DNA of 64,000 bases from a virus. Location of the stretch: IMG/VR virus record IMGVR_UViG_3300029286_000029. One strand, given 5' to 3'. The notes below the pieces were generated by a model. That model had not been told where the DNA came from. It searched no databases and saw nothing but the letters and a program-made list of their open reading frames with translations. Shown here piece by piece: positions 53,035-62,000 of the stretch (position 1 is the stretch's first letter; the number at the start of each line of letters is the position of its first letter). Made by a program: the position numbers and the translations under genes.

Positions 53035-55149
53035 ATGATATTGTTAAAAACATTACAACTTAATAATTTCCTATCCCATGAAGATACTAAAATTGATTTC
53101 ACTTCGAGTGAAAAACTTTTGGTTGATGGTAAAAGTGGTGGTGGCAAGAGTTCGATCACCGAAGGGATACTTTGGTGCTTGTACGGGAAGGGAAGGGTCG
53201 ATAACAGATCTCTCGTTAGACGCGGGACAAAGACTGCGACAGTTTCTTTACAATTGTCAGATGGACCATCGATATTTATCATCACGCGTTCTGTATCATC
53301 CACGGGGAAAAATACTCTCACTATTACAAAAAACTCGGGAAAGAGTGGACAATTTCTTCCAATCGAAAGAGTTGGATTAAAGGATCTTCAAGATTGGATC
53401 GAGGGCAAGTTCCTTCGTTCAAGTTACGAATTGTTCACAAATTCTGTAGCTTATCCACAGGATAATGAAGCAAGTTTTGTAAAAGCTAGTGCATCGAAAC
53501 GTAAAGATTTATTACTCGAGATTGTAGGTGCCAAAGGATTTGACGACCTCTATGAAAAGGCACGTTTAGCTTTATCCGACAACCAACTTGAAAGCGCCTT
53601 AACCTCGAATGAGATTAAGAATGCCGAAGAAACGATCAGTAAGTCAAAAGAACTGGCAGATAAATATGACTTTTTTAAAGAACAGGAAGAAAAATCATCT
53701 GTCACTATCGATAGTTTTAAACTAACAGAAAGAGATCTGGAAGCTAAAATAAACAATATCTCCAGTATTTCCAATGATTTGGCCAATAACAAGAGGATTC
53801 GTTCGATGTTAATCAATTCAATTGACAAAATTGATGTTCAATTATCTGATGATCAGAAACTCATTACTGAACACAATAATTTAAATATAAATTCAGCTCG
53901 GAATGATGTCTTGGGATTGGAAAAACTGACTATTGAAGAAAACACATTACAACAGGAACTAGAAAATAACTCAATAGCACAACAAAAAGTTAACGCTCAC
54001 TTGGCAAATCGTCCTAGTGTCTTTGATTATTCAGTAGAGATAGCTGAAATTAATAAAAGACTAATTATTCTGATGAAAGATGTGGGGAAATGCCCGGCGG
54101 GAGACAAATGTCCTTTTATTGTTCCGATTAAAGGACAGATTGATTACTTAACCGAACAACTAACAGAAAAGTCCGTAAAGTCAATTAATGAACAGGATGC
54201 CATGAGGTTATGGGAACAAAAACTTTCATCCTTACCTCCAATAAAGGACACAAGTGTCTTATATCTGAAACAGAAAGAGTTAAGAGAGAAAATCTCTGTC
54301 CTTTCCCGTTCTAAAGAAGTCATTACTAAATACGACTCATTCACTCAGACGTTGGATGAAATAAATGCGCGTAAGGTCAAATTGGAGTCAGATAAGATGG
54401 AATTTAAGGAAAATCTGAATCAAACAGATATGAAGATAAAAGAACTAGAAGACATCATAAATACTTTCGATGTCAATAGAGTTAATTCTGATTTGGCTAA
54501 CCTTCGTATAATGATCCAGCAAGTGCAGAAAGCTAAGGAAGAAGCCACTCTTAACGTCTCGTTGGCACTGACGGCCCAAAACACAATCAAAGAGGCCTCA
54601 GACGCCCTCCTACGGCTTCAGAATACCATTAAGAAGGGTAATGAAGACAAAGAATCATTGGAATTACTTAAGGAAGCCTTTAGTCCTCGAGGAATTCGAG
54701 CAGTGGTTGTGGATTACATAATTCCTCAGTTAGAAAGTAAAATTAATGATATTCTTAGTCAATTATCAGATTTCCGAATTAGACTTGATACTCAACAAGC
54801 CAAGTTAAGTGAAGAAGAGGGGGTAAAGGAAGGATTATTTCTTACTGTAATTAATGATTGTGGAGAAGAAATGTCTTATCAGAATTACTCTGGTGGTGAG
54901 AAAAATAGAATTACAATAGCTATTTCTGAAGGACTTGCTTCCTTGACTTCAATAATGGGATTTCGTATAATGGATGAGATGATTGTTGGTCTTAATGCAG
55001 AAATGATCATTGATTTTGTTGAAATATTATTAAAACTTCAAGAAAAATATCCACAAGTAATCTGTATAAGTCACATTCCAGAGGTTAAAGAAGTTTTTGA
55101 AAAAGTTATAACAATAACAAAAGTCAATGGAATATCAAAAATTAATTAA
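53035..55149 (+). CDS. sbcC: SbcC/Rad50-like ATPase, 704 aa.
   Basis: N-terminal Walker A reads VDGKSGGGKSSITEGILWCLYG. A long coiled-coil with a central CPAGDKCP zinc hook follows. The C-terminal signature reads YSGGEKNRITIAI and the D-loop reads IMDE. Confidence 0.85.
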   Translation: MILLKTLQLNNFLSHEDTKIDFTSSEKLLVDGKSGGGKSSITEGILWCLYGKGRVDNRSLVRRGTKTATVSLQLSDGPSIFIITRSVSSTGKNTLTITKNSGKSGQFLPIERVGLKDLQDWIEGKFLRSSYELFTNSVAYPQDNEASFVKASASKRKDLLLEIVGAKGFDDLYEKARLALSDNQLESALTSNEIKNAEETISKSKELADKYDFFKEQEEKSSVTIDSFKLTERDLEAKINNISSISNDLANNKRIRSMLINSIDKIDVQLSDDQKLITEHNNLNINSARNDVLGLEKLTIEENTLQQELENNSIAQQKVNAHLANRPSVFDYSVEIAEINKRLIILMKDVGKCPAGDKCPFIVPIKGQIDYLTEQLTEKSVKSINEQDAMRLWEQKLSSLPPIKDTSVLYLKQKELREKISVLSRSKEVITKYDSFTQTLDEINARKVKLESDKMEFKENLNQTDMKIKELEDIINTFDVNRVNSDLANLRIMIQQVQKAKEEATLNVSLALTAQNTIKEASDALLRLQNTIKKGNEDKESLELLKEAFSPRGIRAVVVDYIIPQLESKINDILSQLSDFRIRLDTQQAKLSEEEGVKEGLFLTVINDCGEEMSYQNYSGGEKNRITIAISEGLASLTSIMGFRIMDEMIVGLNAEMIIDFVEILLKLQEKYPQVICISHIPEVKEVFEKVITITKVNGISKIN

Positions 55150-55891
55150 AAAAATAGGAAGACCTTCATTTTTACATTTTAAAATGGGGACTAGATTTGG
55201 GTTACTTGAATTTATTAAAGAGATAGACAAGAAGAAATCTGAAAAAGACCGAATGGCACTTTGTAACTGTGATTGTGGAAAAGAGATTAGAGTACCTTTA
55301 AAATCATTAAAATCAGGAAATAAAAAATCATGTGGGTGTCTCAAAACAAATTATCCGGCCCATAATAGAAAAAACTTAATAGGAAAAAGATTCGAAAGAT
55401 TGATTGTTGAAAATTTTAGTCATATTGATAAAGGGAATCGCGCTGTCTGGGTTTGTCTTTGTGATTGTGGAAAAAGAATTAATCTGAATACTAATCAATT
55501 AACGGACGACTATTCTCATTCTTGTGGATGTCTTAAAAAAGAAGAACTAAGTAAACGTGTTACTACTCATGGATTTACATCAGGAAAAGCAACAAAAATG
55601 ATGATATCGTTTATAAAAAAATGGAGTAACTTAAAATCTCGTTGTAGTAATAATAAAATAAGAGAATACCCATCTTATGGAGGAAGAGGAATTAAATGTG
55701 AATGGAATTCTTTTGAGGAATTTAGAGATGACATGTGGGATTCATTTTTAACACATATTAAAGATTATGGGTTATTACAAACTACCTTAGATAGGATAAA
55801 TGTTAACGATAACTATTCTAAGAAAAACTGTAGATGGGCAACGTGGGAAGAACAATTTAAAAATAAAAGAAAAAATATTGTTAATTATTAA
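55127..55891 (+). CDS. Cys-rich protein of 254 aa with two copies of a G.RF..L-C.C.CG-x-SCGC module.
   Basis: Repeats ALCNCDCGKEIRV...KSCGC and WVCLCDCGKRINL...HSCGC are paralogous to the N-terminus of 58067..58705. Confidence 0.5.
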   Translation: MEYQKLIKKIGRPSFLHFKMGTRFGLLEFIKEIDKKKSEKDRMALCNCDCGKEIRVPLKSLKSGNKKSCGCLKTNYPAHNRKNLIGKRFERLIVENFSHIDKGNRAVWVCLCDCGKRINLNTNQLTDDYSHSCGCLKKEELSKRVTTHGFTSGKATKMMISFIKKWSNLKSRCSNNKIREYPSYGGRGIKCEWNSFEEFRDDMWDSFLTHIKDYGLLQTTLDRINVNDNYSKKNCRWATWEEQFKNKRKNIVNY

Positions 55892-55901
55892 CTAAAATTA
55901 T

Positions 55902-56126
55902 ATGAAATTACAACAAGATAACGTATTGAGATTTTTTCTATTATCAGCGACAGGACTTCTAGTTTTTACTGCATTCCTTTTTGGAATTATAGGATTAGTA
56001 ATAATCTATCTTTTACTTGGTTTAGTGGTTTGGGTTGCTGGTGAAGGTGGTTCAAGAATTATCCCAACCTTATTTCTCTGGTATCCAGTGTTTTTATTCG
56101 ATAAAATGGAATTAATTCAAAAATAA
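55902..56126 (+). CDS. Small membrane protein of 74 aa with two TM helices.
   Basis: Hydrophobic segments FFLLSATGLLVFTAFLFGIIGLVIIYLLLGLVVWV. Confidence 0.45.
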   Translation: MKLQQDNVLRFFLLSATGLLVFTAFLFGIIGLVIIYLLLGLVVWVAGEGGSRIIPTLFLWYPVFLFDKMELIQK

Positions 56127-56127
56127 T

Positions 56128-56688
56128 ATGAAAGATGATATAAGAGATAAAGATTCTAAAGACGTTAAGATTGAAGCTGAAGTTCCAATCACTGTAGTCG
56201 AACCAGAAAAATCGGTCCTCAAGCGGTTGGTGCCGCCGCATACCAAGGTGAGTCGCGCGGTGACAGATGACGACATCGAGAAAGTGGTAGAAGAAGCGAA
56301 GATTCTTCATGCCATTTGCTTCGAGTCGATGGGAAGGTACAAAGGGGCTTATGCGATGCATCATTCTCAGATCGATGACAAAGATCCGATGAGTTTCTAC
56401 GTTACTTATGATCGGAAGATTATCATCAACCCGGTTATCACCAGGCATACGAATACCCCGGTTGACAGCAAGGAAGCGTGTATGTCCTTTCCTTATGAAG
56501 AAGAAGTTATCGTCCCGCGCTGGCATAAATTAGAAATGGATTTTGTTACTATTATGTCTGATCCAGACAATGAAGGTAAATTTAAATTATCGAGTGTTCA
56601 GCACGAGGATTTAAGCGGGCATCAGGCGTTCGTCGCTCAGCATGAAATAGATCATGGCGAGGGTCGATTTATTCATCCAATTAAATAA
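56128..56688 (+). CDS. def: Peptide deformylase, 186 aa.
   Basis: PDF motif 2 appears as EACMSFP (EGCLS) and motif 3 as AQHEIDHGEG (QHE.DHL.G). The motif-1 region GAYAMHHSQI is degenerate. Confidence 0.65.
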   Translation: MKDDIRDKDSKDVKIEAEVPITVVEPEKSVLKRLVPPHTKVSRAVTDDDIEKVVEEAKILHAICFESMGRYKGAYAMHHSQIDDKDPMSFYVTYDRKIIINPVITRHTNTPVDSKEACMSFPYEEEVIVPRWHKLEMDFVTIMSDPDNEGKFKLSSVQHEDLSGHQAFVAQHEIDHGEGRFIHPIK

Positions 56689-56689
56689 T

Positions 56690-57211
56690 ATGAAATATTT
56701 CTTTACCGCCGACGAGCATTATGGTCACTCAAACATCATAGGATACTGTGATCGTCCTTTTGCTACGGTTGAAAAAATGGATGAAGAGTTGATCAAACGA
56801 CATAATGAAGTAGTCGGTTCGGAAGAAGTGGTCTTTCATTTAGGAGATTTTACGATGAAGGATAGTAGTGAAGCAGAAAAATATATAAAACAATTAAACG
56901 GAAAACCGGTTTTCATTAAAGGTTCACATGATGAGAATTGGATGGAAAAAAATCTTTTTCACACCTACAATGAAATCTGGGAAGGAGAAATTGAAAATCA
57001 TTATATCGTTCTCTGTCATTATGCAATGAGAATTTGGCCACGATCCCATTATAATTCATGGCAGCTGTACGGCCATTCGCATGGTAAATTTGCCGGAACT
57101 GGCAAACAAATGGACGTCGGAGTCGATACGCATAATTTCTATCCTTATTCTCTCGAAGAAATTGAGGAAATCATGAAAACTAAAAAAGATAATATTAACA
57201 AGTTAAAATAA
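56690..57211 (+). CDS. Calcineurin-like metallophosphoesterase. The start was set at the internal MKYFFTADEHYGH; the track ORF begins at 56654.
   Basis: Motifs DEHYGH, HLGDF, GSHDEN and YGHSHG (the GDxHG / GDxxDRG / GNH[DE] series). The internal start removes the overlap with def. Confidence 0.65.
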   Translation: MKYFFTADEHYGHSNIIGYCDRPFATVEKMDEELIKRHNEVVGSEEVVFHLGDFTMKDSSEAEKYIKQLNGKPVFIKGSHDENWMEKNLFHTYNEIWEGEIENHYIVLCHYAMRIWPRSHYNSWQLYGHSHGKFAGTGKQMDVGVDTHNFYPYSLEEIEEIMKTKKDNINKLK

Positions 57212-57215
57212 TGAT

Positions 57216-57410
57216 ATGACCGAAAAATTAAAAAAGGTTAGGGAAGTTAAAGTCAAGGCTTGGGCCGTAATTAATAATAATGGTAAAATTGGTAATGAAT
57301 TCAGTAATGAATTAGAGATTTATCCAAACCATACTTTGGCTAATAAATTTGGTGTTCTTAAAGAACAAGGTGATTCTGCGGTCGAATGTGTTATAACTTA
57401 TATAATCTAA
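57216..57410 (+). CDS. Hypothetical protein, 64 aa.
   Basis: ORF track. Confidence 0.35.
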   Translation: MTEKLKKVREVKVKAWAVINNNGKIGNEFSNELEIYPNHTLANKFGVLKEQGDSAVECVITYII

Positions 57411-57619
57411 ACATGAAAGAGAAAACTATCTATGATCTCGAATTAAATGAAGGAATGGAAGTCAAGTCGACCATTGCCGGTGGTAAAATTGAGGTGACAA
57501 GGGTACCAGGTGGCTGGGTATATGCCTTTGATTATCCCGGTTATCATCAATCGCCAGTTGTGTTTATCCCATGGAATAGCGAATTTCATGGCATTATTAA
57601 AGATAAAAAAACTAAATAA
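57386..57619 (+). CDS. Hypothetical protein, 77 aa.
   Basis: ORF track. Confidence 0.35.
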   Translation: MCYNLYNLNMKEKTIYDLELNEGMEVKSTIAGGKIEVTRVPGGWVYAFDYPGYHQSPVVFIPWNSEFHGIIKDKKTK

Positions 57620-57696
57620 TATGTTTACATTCATATGTTTCGTAGTGGGAATTGTAGTTGGTTATTTATTCGGTGTAGGGTTAACCAAATAATAAA

Positions 57697-58062
57697 ATGC
57701 AGGATTATGAACAATTGTATGCAGATTTCATCAAGAATTATGCTCTAAACGTTACGACCGGCGAACAGGTAGGTGAACTGGTGGCACGTCTAGCAGGATT
57801 TTATCCCTCATATAACGCTTCTCTTGCACGCGCCGAACGTGCCTACGCTCTGGTGTGCCGGGACGAAGTGTTAAAGACTGATGATGTAACGGGAAAAGCC
57901 ACATCTTCGGCAAAAGCGGAAACTATCGCTAACGCCAGTGCTGAAGCTACGGCTTTTAAAACAGCCAAGATGCATATAACTAATTTGGAAGTCCTCATAC
58001 AATCAGCGAAGTCGTTGCAACGCGGCTTATTGCAGGAAATGTCTCATTCGAATCTATCTTAA
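57697..58062 (+). CDS. Hypothetical protein, 121 aa.
   Basis: ORF track. Confidence 0.45.
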   Translation: MQDYEQLYADFIKNYALNVTTGEQVGELVARLAGFYPSYNASLARAERAYALVCRDEVLKTDDVTGKATSSAKAETIANASAEATAFKTAKMHITNLEVLIQSAKSLQRGLLQEMSHSNLS

Positions 58063-58066
58063 TAAC

Positions 58067-58705
58067 ATGCAATCTCTGGTTAAAATAGGCGAAAGATTTA
58101 ATAAATTAACAATAATTAAAAAACTTTTACCTCAAGTAACTCCATCTGGACAAAAACGTACATTTGTTCGTGTTAAATGTGAATGCGGGACTATAAAAGA
58201 TATTTCTTATTCCAATATTCGTCAAGGGAAAACAAGGGATTGTGGATGTTCATTTCATAATCCAATGTGGAAAGACCCCGAATGGGTTAAAAGATATATG
58301 GGAGAATATTACATAAAAAATAGAACAAATATAATAAGAAATAATATCAAACGAGGTGGTGCTTATAAAAAATATAAAAAATCGATAGATCCTGCTTATA
58401 AATTAGCTGCATTATTACGAACTCGTTTATATAATGTTCTAAAAAGAAAATCAAAAAATGGATCAGCTATAGAATTATTAGGTTGCACAACAGAAGAAGC
58501 AGTAAAATACATTGAAAAACAATTCCTTCCGGGAATGACATGGGATAATTGGACATGGAAAGGTTGGCATATCGATCATAAAATACCTCTTTCTTCTGTA
58601 GATCTTACAAACAAAAAACAATTAGCAAAAGTTTGTCATTATACAAATCTTCAGCCGATGTGGTGGTATGATAATATCAAAAAAAGTAATAAATTAATAA
58701 AATAA
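58067..58705 (+). CDS. HNH endonuclease of 212 aa with an N-terminal Cys4 module paralogous to 55127..55891.
   Basis: N-terminus GERFNKLTII...VKCECGTIKD...RDCGC. C-terminal HNH motif WHIDHKIPLS...NLQP. Confidence 0.55.
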   Translation: MQSLVKIGERFNKLTIIKKLLPQVTPSGQKRTFVRVKCECGTIKDISYSNIRQGKTRDCGCSFHNPMWKDPEWVKRYMGEYYIKNRTNIIRNNIKRGGAYKKYKKSIDPAYKLAALLRTRLYNVLKRKSKNGSAIELLGCTTEEAVKYIEKQFLPGMTWDNWTWKGWHIDHKIPLSSVDLTNKKQLAKVCHYTNLQPMWWYDNIKKSNKLIK

Positions 58706-58717
58706 TACAAGAATTTT

Positions 58718-59014
58718 ATGCTTCCAAAAATAAAATGCCAAACATGTGGAATCATATTTCAACCAGTTAGCGAGAGAAATCTTTTTCATAATCGTCGTTG
58801 TTTCAAGAAGGCATACTACCACCGAAAAAAAGCGGAAGAACTGAACGCCAGTCACTTCCCCTTTTTTAAGTGTCCAGATTGTCAGCAAATGATTGTTTTA
58901 GACTTTGACCCGGTTGTTGACTCCATGCGTTGGTTAAAGTTTAAATGTCCGATCTGTAATGCCTTAATGATCAGCATTTCTGAAAACATAATAACTACTG
59001 ACTCTTATATCTGA
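58718..59014 (+). CDS. Small double zinc-ribbon protein, 98 aa.
   Basis: CQTCG..C and CPDCQ..CPICN. Confidence 0.45.
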   Translation: MLPKIKCQTCGIIFQPVSERNLFHNRRCFKKAYYHRKKAEELNASHFPFFKCPDCQQMIVLDFDPVVDSMRWLKFKCPICNALMISISENIITTDSYI

Positions 59015-59019
59015 TATAT

Positions 59020-62000
59020 TTAATCGCTAAGAGAGGAAGTAGCATTATAAATAGAATTAAAATTCTTGACATAGTTTGGATTTTGATATTTACCTGAACC
59101 TGGTGGATAAGAATTAGTCATGCCCTTATTGTGAATATCTGCTATCTCAGCTGGAGAATAACCTAAATTATTTAGGTAAATAGCCTTGTTAATCATATAG
59201 GTATCTTGTAACTCTGGGGAAGATAAAAATTCTTGTTTAGTGATTTTCCTTCCTACATATCTTGGACCATAGGAACTCAATTCTCCTTCCGTCACACGAT
59301 ATTTACCCATTGCTGATCCTAAATTTGAATATCCAGATGGCTGGTGAGAAGAATATTTGTCCCCCTTAACAATACTGGTTTCATTAGTTCCTATCCCCTG
59401 TAAGAATTTTTTAGTATCCAAATTCGGAATTTGTTTTTCAGGTGCTTGATAGACACGGGTGTTTGATAAAACATTTTTTATTCCTCCCCATATATTAGAG
59501 ATAGGACCCCCTTGACCGTCGTTTTTTGTCGGACCACCTTGACCTTTTGGATCTAGTAAATCAAATTTCTTTTTTAAAGAATCTTTTAATTTATCAAAAT
59601 CAACATAATTGGCTGATTTTTTCATTTTAAAGATACTAGCGGCAACGTTTAATCCATCCTTAAGACCTTCTTCAAAAGTAGGTTCTCCACTGTTTTTAAG
59701 AACAATTTTACTTCCTAATTTCCATGTTTTAACTTCATCGGGAATATTAGCAGAAAGTTTTTTGATCTGTTCAAATAATAATTTCATCTGACTTGATAAT
59801 TCAGGTTTGACGAGTCCAACTCCACCGATCTCTTTTCTAAGAGAATTATATTCATTTATTAATTGATTTCTTGCTTCAGCGTTAAGAAGTCCGTTGGTCA
59901 TCATATCAAAGGGAGTCAAATCCTCGGAAACATTTTTTATTTGATTCTCGTCTTTTACTCTCATTCCCTCGGGAATAACTGGCGCTTTTCCTCCCGCGAT
60001 TTTGTCTAAACGATCTAATCTATTTTGTTCACTAATTTTACGTGTCTGAACATCAGCTCTCCCTACTGCCTTGCTAATATCGGCAGAACTTTTACCAGCA
60101 GTGATAGCTGCAATTCGACGATAAGGTTGAGAATGACTATAACCTTCTTCATTCGTGAGGTTAAACCAATTACGTGTAATGTTCCTTAAGGAAGAGTTTA
60201 ATTTCCAACTACCTTCCCACCCATATCTTGTTTGACCGGTATTTTTATCCTTAATATCGAATTTTTCACTCATAGCCGAATCAAAGGCTCTAGCAAAACC
60301 TTTGGCATAAGGATGTTCGCTCTTTTCCATGTTTTTTATATCAGTTGCCCATTCTTTGCTTGTACTCGAAAGATTGTCTTTATATAATTTAATTTCATCG
60401 CCTAACATTGAACCCCAATAATCTATCGGAGATAGATCTTTATTATTTAAAGTATTTCGGAATTCGTCAGAAAACATTGGATTACCTTTTTTATCCAATT
60501 CTAAATACTGGACGCCGTTCTCATTCGGTTCCTTAAGTTTTAAATTAAATTTATTAGCTAAAACCAAACTGGTATCTTTACCTCCAAGGTAATTTTGTGT
60601 CAGAGTAAAACGTTGTTTGTTTAAATTAGCGACTTGTTTTATTTCGTCACTCGTTAACGGTCTTTTTTCATTTTGAGCCTTCACATTAATGTTCTGCGTT
60701 TCTTGCTGGAGTTGAATATATTTTTTTATCTTTGACTCTAAGTCATTCATCTCAGTTTTTTCGAATGGTTTCAAGATAACTCCGTTATCACCTTCTATAC
60801 CACTACCAGTTTCTTTTCTCTTAAGTTCATTGTAACGTTTAATTAAAACATTATCACTTTCCGATTTCTTTGTTCGGGCATAAGTATCATCAGTTCCGAA
60901 GTATTTAGTTCCCTTATACGTTGAATCAATAAAATCTTGAACGAAAATTGTTGCCCGTCCTTTAGCGGTGCTCATCGCAGTCTTGAAATCTTCTTCCTTT
61001 AGACCTGGATTTTTTCTTTTAAATCCCTTAACCACATCCATGAGAATCTTTTCATGACTACTAGGATTAGTTGGTTTTATTTTAAGATTTTCAATTTTAT
61101 CTACCATATCTCCGAAGAATTCATTTGTGGACACGTCAATAGGATCTTTTGTAGACATTTTTGACGAAATAGCTTTTGAAACAATCTGGGATGATGGTTG
61201 AGCCACCTCAGATACTTTAATAGCATTCTGGGGCATTTTCGGGGCTAAATCGGCCTTCCTAGTGGTTTCTTCAAGTGAGATCGGGGTGCCAAGTTCAGCC
61301 ATTTTTCTTTTTACAAAGTCAGGTTGAAAATCCGCCGGTTGTGGGCTAACGGGAGTTTTTTCTGGGGTAATTGGTGTTGTTGGATTAACATCTTTTGTGG
61401 CAAGACTTCTGAGGTAATCATTCCTAGTGACATTAAATTCAATTGAGGGATCTTTTATGTTTTCTCCTGCACCAATAGGGGATATTTTAGTTACATCAAC
61501 AATTAAAACAGGAATATCTAATTCCTTCATCCTAGGAGTTACCATGGAATTATCGATTGTATATTTAACTAAAGAATTTGATGGCTGTAGATTCCTAAGA
61601 ATATCTTCATTAGTCATAGCAGGAACCTGATTCTTCATGGCGAATAGTTCCTGTGCTTTTTCTATCGTTATAGGTGAATCCTTAAAGGCCTTATCCTTAT
61701 TAATAATTTCCATTAAAGAATTAGCATCCGGAGAATTTAACCAGGTTGACTTAAAACGATTAACCATATCGATATATGGTTTATTTGTACTAAGAGGATT
61801 TTTTTCACTTATCCCTTTTGGTTGAGTAAAATATCCAATAGGCAGAAACTCCCCAGTATTCGTATCTTTCATAAAACCTCGTAAGGTATTTTCCGGATTA
61901 GAAATTGGCGGTGGAGTTCCACTAGAAATAGCTTCGTTATTAATTAACGTTCCAATCTTTTGAGACTTTTCATTTACGGGAAAATAAATTTTTCCGTCAC

